Positions 33,175-43,276 of a stretch of 43,276 bases of DNA are shown piece by piece; position 1 is the first letter of the stretch, and each line of letters opens with the position of its first letter. Below the pieces are notes generated by a model that was given only the letters and a program-made list of their open reading frames with translations, was not told where the DNA came from and did not search any database. This stretch comes from Octopus sinensis. Its lineage: Eukaryota. Where the stretch lies: assembly GCF_006345805.1 (NCBI RefSeq), contig NW_021835020.1, forward strand, positions 1 to 43,276. Direction: 5' to 3'. Made by a program: the position numbers and the translations under genes.

Positions 33175-33905
33175 AAACATACATACATATACATAAATGC
33201 ATACAAGCATACTCACTCACCACCCCGAGTATGCGTGTGTATATGTATATATATATATATCCATATGTGTGTGTGTGTGTGTGTGTGTTTGAGTGTAGGT
33301 ATGTTTGTGTTCATGTATAAACACACTAACATACAAGCCACAGGTGGATCGATTTGGGGGCCCCCAGTCTCACCTCCCACCCAGCCCTTCCCCCATCGTC
33401 CTCCATTTCCCCCCTTCTCCACCCTTCCTGTCACCGCTCTCTCTCTCTCTCTCTTTCTCTCTGTCACCTTCTCTTCTTCTCCCTCTCTCTCTCTCTCTCT
33501 CTCTGCTGCACAACGGTGTGGCGGCGAGGAAGGGGAAGAAGAAAGGTGGAATTAGCGGGTGGGAGTCTGTGTATTTTAAGGGAAAAAGAGAAGAGGAAAA
33601 AAAATATATAAAACTAAAAAAAAAAAAAGAGAGAGAGAGAAACGAAAGGAAGAGACTAAGGAAATGTACATAATGAGTTAGAGTGAGAGCTGGCGGTGGG
33701 GATGCGGGTGGCTGTTGGAAGAACATGGCGAAAATGAGGGAAAGAAAAATAAAGACAGAAGAGAAAGTAAGGGCGAAACAAGGGAGAGGGGTGACGGACA
33801 AATGGAAGCGATGTAGAGGTGGGGGTGTCAAAGAGAGGGAGGAATAGGGGAAGGGGTGTGAGAGAAGCCTAGCAGCTGGGAACACACAGTTGAAATGGGT
33901 GTTTG

Positions 33906-33948
<43 letters not shown>

Positions 33949-34058
33949 TCCCTTGAAATTTTGGTTTGGTCTGGTGTTGTGGGTGTGTACGTATATATAT
34001 TTTTACAAGGATTTCAAACAGACATTCACATTACAGACGTGTATTTGCAAATGCAGAA

Positions 34059-34127
<69 letters not shown>

Positions 34128-34132
34128 GTCTG

Positions 34133-34191
<59 letters not shown>

Positions 34192-34192
34192 G

Positions 34193-34262
<70 letters not shown>
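34059..34262. repeat. (TATC)n microsatellite
   Basis: Directly visible. Confidence 0.95.
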
Positions 34263-34263
<1 letters not shown>

Positions 34264-34377
34264 GTGTGTATGCGTGTGCATTTCTGTATATTTATGCGTG
34301 TGTGTAGTAATATAGATTACGATAGCCGAATAACAGTTTATAAGAATAAGAATAGCTGTTATTCGGGAATATATTCT

Positions 34378-34570
34378 CTTATTCCTTTGCTTGTTTCAGT
34401 CATTTGACTGCGGCCATGTTGGACCACCACCTTTAAGGTATTTTAAGTCGAAGAAATCGACCCCGGGACTTATTCTTTGTAAGCCTAGTACTTTTTGCCG
34501 AACCGCTAAGTCAAGGGGACGTAAACACACCAACATCGGTTGTCAAGCGATGGTGGCGGGAGACACAAAG
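34378..34570 (-). mobile_element. SINE family A 3' half
   Basis: TTGTTTCAGTCATTTGACTGCGGCCATG...GTTGTCAAGCGATGG. Confidence 0.85.
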
Positions 34571-34728
34571 ACCCCGCCCCTATTTCATTTCATATTGCTC
34601 CAATCCTCCTTCAATCAGAGGAGATTGCTGGCCTGCTCACCTACCCAGCAGGGTGGCGCCATTTGAAGGCTAAATCAATGCAAAAGCGTATTGTGACCAG
34701 CGATGTGTAACAACGTCTGATAGTAGAT

Positions 34729-34771
<43 letters not shown>

Positions 34772-34890
34772 CATACATACATACATACATACAACCATAC
34801 ATACATACATACATACATACATACATACATCATACATACATACATACATACATACATACATCATACATACATACATACATACATACATAC

Positions 34891-36160
34891 ATTGGATTGG
34901 CAAGAAAGTAATTTCGGTTTTTTACTGTGAAATAAAACTCATTTTTTAAATACAAAGAGTGAACTTTAATCAATTATATACTTTTCATTTTGTTCGATGA
35001 CCTTTTGCCATCTTTCTGGTATCTTTATGATTCCGTGCTCACAGAACTTCTGGTCCTTATCAGCCAAAAACTGAAGCAAGTGCGATTTCAGGTAATCATC
35101 ATTATTGAAAGTTTTACCATTCAAAGAATTTTGCAAACTTTGAAATAAATGGTAATCTGATGGTGCACGGTCAGGGCTATATGATGGGTGTGACATCACT
35201 TCCCAACCGAGCTCCAATAATTTTTCGCGAGTTAGCAAATACGTGTGTGGTCTAGCGTTGTCATGTTGGAACACGATCCTTTTACGATTTGCTTTTTCTG
35301 GCCGTTTTTCTTTGATTGCTTCCTCCAGTTTCATTAGTTGTTGACAGTAAACAACTAAAGTGATCGTTTGGTTCCTTGGAAGCAGCTCAAAATACACAAC
35401 ACGTTTGTAATCCCACCAAATTAATATGATCTTTTTTTTTTATGCAATTCTGCTTTCCATGTGTTCATTACGCTTGGACCATGATCGTTTTCGACTGATG
35501 TTATTGTAGACAATGAATTTTTCATTATCAGTGATGATTCGTTTAAAAAAAAAAAAGGTCGATTTCATTGCTTTTGAGATGCATATCACAAATATTGATT
35601 CGTTGTGTTAAGTGAATCTCTTTCAATTTACGTGGAACCCAAATATCGAGCTTCTTAACGAGTCCACGACATTTTCAGTGATTTTCAATAGTTGTGTGTG
35701 ATATATTTAAACTCTCTGCAAACTATCGTACAGTTATATGACAATCAGATTCAATTATGGCTTTGATTCGGTCATCATCAACTTCAGTAGGTGGACCAGA
35801 ACGTTGGTTATCTTTGAGTGAAAAATCTCCAGAACGGAATTTTTTAAACTATTTCTGACACGTGCGTTATGTTAAGCAATCAATACCATAAACTTCTCAT
35901 ATCTCTTTGTGAGCCTCAGCAGCTTTCTTGCCTTTACGGAAATAACAAAAAGCAAAATATGGTGAAAATGTTCGTTTTTGCACTCCATGTTAAAATTGAC
36001 ACTGAAATAACAGTTGTAAAATAAAATTACGCGCAATTTACTTCTAAAGTAAGCTAAAAGTAACGGCTGTCAAATGTCAAAAGGAAAAACTCATAACATT
36101 GACAAAAGTCATTTAAAAAAATCGTAACTCTATCTATTTGCGAAAAACGAACATATATAT
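34891..36160 (-). mobile_element. Mariner DNA transposon, near full length, decayed
   Basis: Left TIR ATTGGATTGGCAAGAAAGTAATTTCGGTTTTTT; right terminus degenerate; about 1.27 kb. Confidence 0.85.
34966..35960 (-). pseudogene. Mariner DD34D transposase with stops and frameshifts
   Basis: KKLDIWVPRKL (WVPHEL-like), RIITDNEK, FQHDNARPH, HPSYSPDRAPSDYHLF, IPERWQKVIEQN. Confidence 0.93.
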
Positions 36161-36212
36161 ACATACATATATATATATATATATATGTGTGTGTGGTGTG
36201 TGTGTGTGTGTG

Positions 36213-36256
<44 letters not shown>

Positions 36257-36814
36257 CATATACATATATGGAAACACTCAAAATAAGTTCAATATGCCCC
36301 GGAATTGTCTAAGACATGTTTCAATTTTTCAAAAATTCAATGAAACTACTTGCTACCCAGCGTTGCCCGGTAAAATATTCACGGAATTGTTTGCCATTTT
36401 GTAGAATGGGAAATCACGGTACTTATGCATGTTTATGTATTTAACCTAAATTCTGGACTTATTTAATTGGAACTATCCAAAGAATAGTAATCAATTTACA
36501 TGAATAGAAACCTTTTTTGTTTTTGAACAATTTTTATCATGAAGATCACCTGGTACTATTGTTTTAAAGTGAAAGAGAAGAGAAAGTGAATGATGTATGA
36601 ACGTGTATATGAAATTAACGTCAGTGTGTGTGTATGTGTGAGAGAGAGAGTGCCACTTACACATACGCGAGAACATACACGTTCACTCATTCACTCACAC
36701 TCTCTCTCCCTCACACACCCATACACACATGCACAGGTACATACAAAAAAGATGAACCCATATGTATTGATGTATGTACGCATACATGATGCAGTACCGA
36801 GCAGTAACTCTCAT

Positions 36815-37315
36815 GGCTTCTCATCTTAACTGATTGGAAGTGTTATCATGTACATTGTTTTGTCTTGGTATAAAAGATGGGCTACAGCAAATATTCTGCT
36901 CAATATCACAGATTTGCTTGTCAGTTGTTTGACCATAACCAGTTGAGCATGTCCGTTAGTGGTTGACGATATGTGCATCTCTGATCATGAGCAGAAGTAG
37001 TGGAGGAGCATCATAGCCATGTGTTGAGCGGAATGCTTTGGGGTTTGAATAATTCACCTCTGGAAACATGGGTGTTTCGTTCTCAGGGACCTTTTGACTG
37101 AGAAGAGCTACTTGACCTAAAGAAAATTTCTACTGGGCCTCACCTGTAAGGTCATGCGCTGTTTATCTTGATATGAGATCACCATGTTGCGCACATATTG
37201 TTGTGATGCATGTGCCTAGTGTACCCTTATCAGACGGGTAGTCATGATGGGTATATTGGGCTCCGTATATTTTACACCAGTGTCACTTTGATGGCATGCA
37301 CTGCTTTCTCGCCCG

Positions 37316-37318
<3 letters not shown>
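36815..37318 (+). mobile_element. Retroposon family D, longer copy, followed by (AAT)n to 37485
   Basis: 37000-37318 aligns with 3754-4089; the upstream ~190 bp is assumed to be part of it. Confidence 0.7.
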
Positions 37319-37378
<60 letters not shown>

Positions 37379-38227
37379 TAATAATTATAATAATTAATAA
37401 TAATAATAATAATAAAATAATAATAATAATGATAATGACAATGATAATGATAATAATAATAGTAATAATAATGATAATAATAATAGCGCATCTTTGTAGG
37501 CATAATAGATCATTGAGTTTAAATAAAGGTAAGAGTGTATAGTCTTATATAATATTTACACTATTTGCCCCGTTGACATGCTTCAAGTATTTCCCAACAA
37601 GAGTGGTTTTTTTTTTTGCACGCGGGTATATGTGTGTCCGCAAGTGCACACATGTGTGTGTGTCTCTGTGTGTGTATTTTCCGTGTGTGTCGTGTAAATT
37701 TTGCAAGGCGAAATAAGGGTGCATTCAGGCTCCTCCCTTGAAAGACTGAGTTGGTGTCATTCCGTCCAATATCAATATTTCATGACCCCCAGACCTACAT
37801 CCGGCTGAGTTCCGTATCGTGCTTTCTGTAATGTAATATATTCCTATTTAATCATACCTCTAATATGCAATGAGGGTGTTTACTGACTTGTAAACAAACG
37901 TATTTTATCCAGCCTACCGCCTGATTTCAGCGCTGGTGTTTTCTTAATGACAGGTTCTCTGTATGAGAGGAGGCTAAATTTGTCTTAGCTCGCGATTGCT
38001 GGTGGATGCTTGACACTGATGACGCGCAAGGAAGCAGAAATACGTATTTAGCAATTTCACAACAGCTGCGATATGCTTTAGGACTGCTATTGATATTTTC
38101 CCGTCGTTGTCTTCGTCGTATATCATTATCACCATCATAGTCATCATTATTATCATTATTATTTAGTCTTAAGATACATCAGGCGGATGCCCTGCGACAC
38201 CTCGACTAAACAGAGACTCAAACACCA

Positions 38228-38260
38228 ATGCATACATACCTACATACATACATACATACA

Positions 38261-38291
<31 letters not shown>

Positions 38292-38385
38292 GTACCTACG
38301 TACGTACGTATGTATGTATGTATACATGTATGTATGTATGTATGTATGTATGTATGTATGTATGTATGTATGTATGTATGTATGC
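38228..38385. repeat. Inverted microsatellite pair (CATA)n-(TATG)n
   Basis: Arrays switch strand around ACGTACGT, forming a perfect-type foldback. Confidence 0.85.
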
Positions 38386-39737
38386 AGTAACTCTTTCCAG
38401 ACTAAAAGTTCATGTTTATACCTGTAATTATTGGTCCCCTGGGATATGTAACACACTGCCTAAATACCAATCTCGAGGAATTAGGCTTCTAAAAACCAGA
38501 AAGAAGAAAGCTAATTCGAGTACTACAGATCCAGTCTATCACTGGAATTATAAAACTCTGTAAAACTTTCCAGATGTTTATCATTTAAACCTATATGAGC
38601 ATGTCTAGATATGCAAATATATGCATGTGAATACATACATGAAGCAAATCATACAAATCTGCACATACATACATACATACATACATACATACCCTGTTGT
38701 TGATGCTGAAATTCCAACGAAGGAACCTTGGATCTAGGTCAGAAACCGGTTCTTTCTCTGTTAGCAAGAAATCTTGAAATAAAACTGAATACTGACATAC
38801 GTTTATGTGCATACATACATGCATACATACATATGCACATTTATACATACATGATTACATACATAAATGCATACATATATATACGTACGTACATACATAC
38901 ATACATACATACATGCATACATGCATACATACATACACACACATACAGAAATGCAGACATACATAAATATACATTCATATATGCATACTTATATCTGTAG
39001 TTTGTTTACACACATACACTTCTACACACATACGCACACACACACACACATGCACTTGTACACCTGCACTCACAGTTCTATGTGTGTATGGACCTGTATA
39101 GTTAGTCTAATTTTGTTTTGTAATGTAATGAACAAAAGCTACACACACACACACACACACACACTCTGTCTCTCTCTCACACACACATATGTTCAAATAC
39201 ACGCTCTCAGACACACACACATGCGTACTTAATACATACATACTTACATAAACACACATGTGCCTTAATGAAAACAAGTATAATAAATGTAATTCTACAG
39301 AACAGAATAAATCTGAGACTAAGCAGAAATATTATTAATGACTTAATTTATTGAATACATATTTCATTAGCTCTGCAAACTCAGTAGGAAACCCCTCAAA
39401 TTACACGGAAGTTAAGCAATTCCGCTAAATGTTTGGGGCCCACTTCACATGGAGAAATAACACTCTGCTGTTATATATATATATTAGCAGAAATAATTAT
39501 GCAGCTGCCTCATTGTGAGTGTGTGTATGTGTGTGTGTAATTGCGTGTGGGTGGTGGTGGTGGCGGTGATGGTGGTGGTGGTGGTGGTGGTGGTTGTGTG
39601 TGATTCTGTGGTTTATGTTATAGCTACAAATTTGTAAATGCTTGACGAAAGTCGGAAGGTCGCTTCTAACATTGTATAAGGTTTATTGTATATGGTGCGT
39701 GTGTGTGTGTGCGTGTGTGTTTATATATTTATCATTT

Positions 39738-39790
39738 ATACTTTACTTGTTTCAGTCATTACTCTGTGGCCATGCTGGGGCACCGCCTTG
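39738..39790 (-). mobile_element. SINE family A tail fragment
   Basis: TTACTTGTTTCAGTCATT...GGCCATGCTGGGGCACCGCCTT. Confidence 0.7.
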
Positions 39791-39810
39791 ACACACACAC
39801 AAACAAACAC

Positions 39811-39925
39811 CTGAGTTCGAAATTTCCCAAAGACACCTGGTGAAGGCTGGGGGGTATATCAGCCGAAACGTTGTGTTAACGACAAGCAAGATGAGGACAA
39901 ATATCCGTCAATTGTAAATAATGTA
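39811..39925 (+). mobile_element. Solo PLE terminus (family 1) with hammerhead, A6G
   Basis: 39832-39877 GACAC-CUGGUGA-A-GGCUG..CAGCC-GAAAC-GUU-GUGUU; aligns with 4170-4282. Confidence 0.85.
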
Positions 39926-39947
39926 TATATATACATACATACATACA

Positions 39948-39984
<37 letters not shown>

Positions 39985-40033
39985 AAAAAAGTCACGTTAG
40001 AAAATGCTAAAATAATTTTATAAAAAAACATTT

Positions 40034-40069
40034 CAGTACCGGTTTCGGTCATTGAGAATTTTTCAACTG
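40034..40069 (-). ncRNA. Hammerhead-like motif with U3:A8 core, stem II decayed
   Basis: CAG-UUGAAAA-AUUC(UCAAU)GACC-GAAAC-CG-GUA-CUG; stem I CAG/CUG, palindromic ACCGGU. Confidence 0.5.
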
Positions 40070-40090
40070 TAAGTATGGAAAAAAATTAAA

Positions 40091-40307
40091 TCTCTCTCTT
40101 TTACTCTTTTACTTGTTTCAGTCATTTGACTGCGGCCATGCTGGAGCACCGCCTTTAGTCGAGCAAATCTACCCCGGGACTTATTCTTTGTAAGCCCAGT
40201 ACTTATTCTATCGGTCTCTTTTGCCGAACCGCTAAGTGACGGGGACGTAAACACACACCAGCATTGGTTGTCAAGCAATGCTAGGGGGGCCAAACACAGA
40301 CACACAA

Positions 40308-40344
<37 letters not shown>

Positions 40345-40533
40345 ATATATATATATAATATAATATATATACATATATACGACAGGCTTCTTTCAGTTTC
40401 CGTCTACCAAACACTCACAAGACATTGGTCGGACCGGGGCTATAGCAGAAGACATTTGCCCAAGATGCCACGCAGTGGGATTGAACCCACAACCATGTGG
40501 TTGGTTAGCAAGCTACTTACCACACAGCCACTC
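40091..40533 (-). mobile_element. SINE family A, full length
   Basis: Aligns end to end with 304-727. Confidence 0.9.
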
Positions 40534-41648
40534 TTGAAAAGTATTTTAAAAGAATATTTTCATAGTATTCAAATACAAGTGACATTTTCCTTGTTTCTGC
40601 TTGTCTCTGTCTCTCTTGTTTACTCTTGTAATTTATAATTCATATATATCGAAGCTGGAGGTTGGAAAAATTTTGGTGGTATTCCACATTACTCATGTTT
40701 CACGTGCTAAAATAATAGCGAAAAATTTCCCCATCTCCAGTTTTGATATAATTACTCCACAGAACATGTTTTCCAGTATTTTCAATCCGTATGCATATCT
40801 CACGCAAATATAACATCTACCAACGGATTTGGAATGCTGAAATAAGCAGATGTGCCTTAAGAGGACACAGCTTCGATTTTAACCCTATCTACATAATAAG
40901 TATATATATAAATGTGTGTGCGTGTGTGTGTGTATACATTTCTACATACATGTATATATACATACACGCATACGTACGAACGTATATACATACATTCATA
41001 TATAGTACAACGATGTGTTGCTAATTGTGCATATCTGAAATCCAGTAATATATATTTAATAGCCAATATTCAAATGCATAATTTCCTATGCAAATCTCTC
41101 TGTCCATCTCAACCGTTCTCTCGCCCACTCTTGTCTCCCCCGCACCTGCGTCCGTATGCATTCTCCTCTTATATGTCCGTGTACATGCAAATATCAAATA
41201 TCTTACGGTCAAGCCTACAGAAGAATAATTTAGCCGCCATATTGCCACATAATTTAGCCAGCCAAGTTATCATTTGTAATCCGAGCTTTGGCGACGGTAA
41301 TGGTTGGTAGCATATAGATAATTGGGTAGGTATGTAGGTAGGTAGATAGGTAGGTAGGTGGGTGGGAGGGTAGGTAGGTAAGCAGGTAAGTGAAGGGGAC
41401 ACAACCTGCGTTATTGTTGGTATTACTGCAGTTGCTAATGTTGTTGTTGTTGCTGTTGCTGACGTCATAAAAAATTTTTTTTAAAGATTCGTGAGAACGT
41501 GAAGTAATTTCCTTTTGTAAGGCTGGATCTCGAAGCAGGTAAAGCTATAACTAATAGCTTGTAAACATTTGTTTGAAAGACCCTTTTGGGTAATAAAAGT
41601 CGAGGATTAGGTAGAACGCTCATGTGTATGAATGTTTGTGTATTTGTG

Positions 41649-41679
<31 letters not shown>

Positions 41680-41680
41680 C

Positions 41681-41735
41681 AATGGCGGTGCCCCAGCATG
41701 GCCACAGCTCGTGAGCTGAAACTAGATAAAATAAA
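41681..41735 (+). mobile_element. SINE family A-like tail fragment
   Basis: GGCGGTGCCCCAGCATGGCCACAG...TGAAACTAGATAAAATAAAA. Confidence 0.6.
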
Positions 41736-41778
41736 ATTAAAATAAATTATATATATATATATTATATGTATATATTAT

Positions 41779-42201
41779 TTGGTTCAGTCATTTGGAGAAA
41801 CTTTAGTCGAACGAATCTAGATCAGTACTTAATATTTTGAGCCTTGTACTTCTATCGATCTCTTTCACCGAGCCACTACGTTACGAGGACGTAAACATAC
41901 TAACACCTGTTATCAAGTGGTAGTTGGGAAAAAAAATCATTTAAATACACGCGCACACACACGCACACGCACAAACACATATACATATAGACATATATAT
42001 ATATATATGTATATATATATAATATATATGTATACAAATATATATATTCACGATGGGCTTCTTTCAGTTCCCGTCTACAAAATCCACTGACAAGGCTTTG
42101 GTCGGTCCGAGGCTATAGTAGAAGAAACTTGCTCAAGCTACCGCGCATTGGGACTGAACCCGGAATCAAGTGGTTGGGAAGCAAGCTTCTTACCACATAG
42201 T
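41779..42201 (-). mobile_element. SINE family A variant, near full length
   Basis: Head at 42150-42201, body and tail partly deleted. Confidence 0.85.
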
Positions 42202-42255
42202 CTAAGGTTGTGTATGTGTTTGTGTGTACGTGTGCGTGCGTGTGTGTGAATGTGT

Positions 42256-42445
42256 TTTTCCCCTACTACCACTTAATAACAGGTGTTATTATGTTTACGT
42301 CCTCGTAACGTAGTGGTTCGGCAAAGGAGATCGATAGAAGTACGAGACTTAAAAAATCAAGTACTGGTCTCGATTCGTTCGACTAAAAATTCTCCAAAGA
42401 GATGCCCCTGCATGGCCGCTGTCAAATAACTGAAACAAGTAAGAT
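42256..42445 (+). mobile_element. SINE family A variant 3' half, inverted relative to 41779-42201
   Basis: Shares private substitutions with its neighbour. Confidence 0.85.
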
Positions 42446-42449
42446 ATAC

Positions 42450-42497
<48 letters not shown>

Positions 42498-42633
42498 GTA
42501 GATAGATAGAGGGAGAGGTAGATAGATATATAAATAGACAGATAGAAATATAAGTGTTTGTGTGCGCGCGTGAGTGTGTGCAAGTACGTGTGTGTGTGTG
42601 TTCGTAACGTTGAGTATATATACTCTCTTTATA

Positions 42634-43070
42634 TACTCTCTTTACTCTTTTACTGGTTTTAGTCATTTGACTGCGGCCATGCTGGAGCACCGCCTTTAGT
42701 CGAGCAAATCGACCCCAGCACTTATTCTATGTAAGCCCAGTACTTATTCTATCGGTCTCTTTTGCCGAACCGCTATTTGACGGGGACGTAAACACACCAG
42801 CATCAGTTGTCAAGTAATGCTAGGGGGACAGACACAGACGCACACAAACACACACACACACACACACCACACACATATATATATATATATATATATACAT
42901 ATATACGACAGGCTTCTTTCAGTTTCCGTCTACCAAATACACTCACAAGGCATTGGTCGACCCGGAGCTATAGCAGAAGACACTTGCCTAAGATGCCACG
43001 CAGTGGGACTGAACCCGGAACCATGTGGTTGGTTAGCAAGCTACTTACCACACAGCCACTCCTGCGCCTA
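42634..43070 (-). mobile_element. SINE family A, full length
   Basis: Aligns end to end with 304-727 and 40091-40533. Confidence 0.9.
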
Positions 43071-43077
43071 TTATATT

Positions 43078-43108
<31 letters not shown>

Positions 43109-43124
43109 GATGAGCATTTAACAG

Positions 43125-43154
43125 AAAGATAGATTAATAGATAGACAGACAGAC

Positions 43155-43233
<79 letters not shown>

Positions 43234-43235
43234 AA
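43125..43235. repeat. (GATA)n microsatellite
   Basis: Directly visible. Confidence 0.95.
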
Positions 43236-43276
43236 AGATAGTGAGTGAAAGAGAAAGAAAGAAAGAGAGAGTTGAG

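Noticed and set aside
34640-34662. CCAGCAGGGTGGCGC as a CTCF site
   Set aside because: Needs a one-base insertion in the core consensus.
38016-38050. CTGATGA...GAAATACGTATT as a hammerhead
   Set aside because: Core and palindrome are present, but stem I has one pair and stem II two; no sibling copy, probably chance.

Overview
Repeat-saturated, non-coding eukaryotic DNA. The SINE and repeat repertoire suggests an octopus-like cephalopod (inference, no search run). I found no host protein-coding exon; nearly all ORFs in the track are translations of microsatellites or SINEs. The only recognisable coding remnants are decayed transposon genes: a Penelope-like (PLE) GIY-YIG endonuclease (2897-3343, minus), a Tigger/pogo transposase with a nested Helitron (22137-24768), a mariner transposase (34891-36160) and a mariner 5' stub. 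There are about 30 tRNA-derived SINE copies or fragments, several MITEs or foldback elements and many microsatellites. The most notable signal is about 12 minimal type I hammerhead-ribozyme (HHR)-like motifs of the PLE-terminus kind, in about 7 unrelated sequence families. Their catalytic cores include canonical C3:G8, a U6 variant shared by all three copies of one family, U3:A8 and A3/C3-U8. Two loci are head-to-head PLE palindromes; one is flanked by a 14-bp target-site duplication (TSD) and carries a tRNA-like cassette upstream of its ribozyme. Alignments and coordinates were read by eye; element edges may be off by about 10 bp. No ribozyme activity has been shown.
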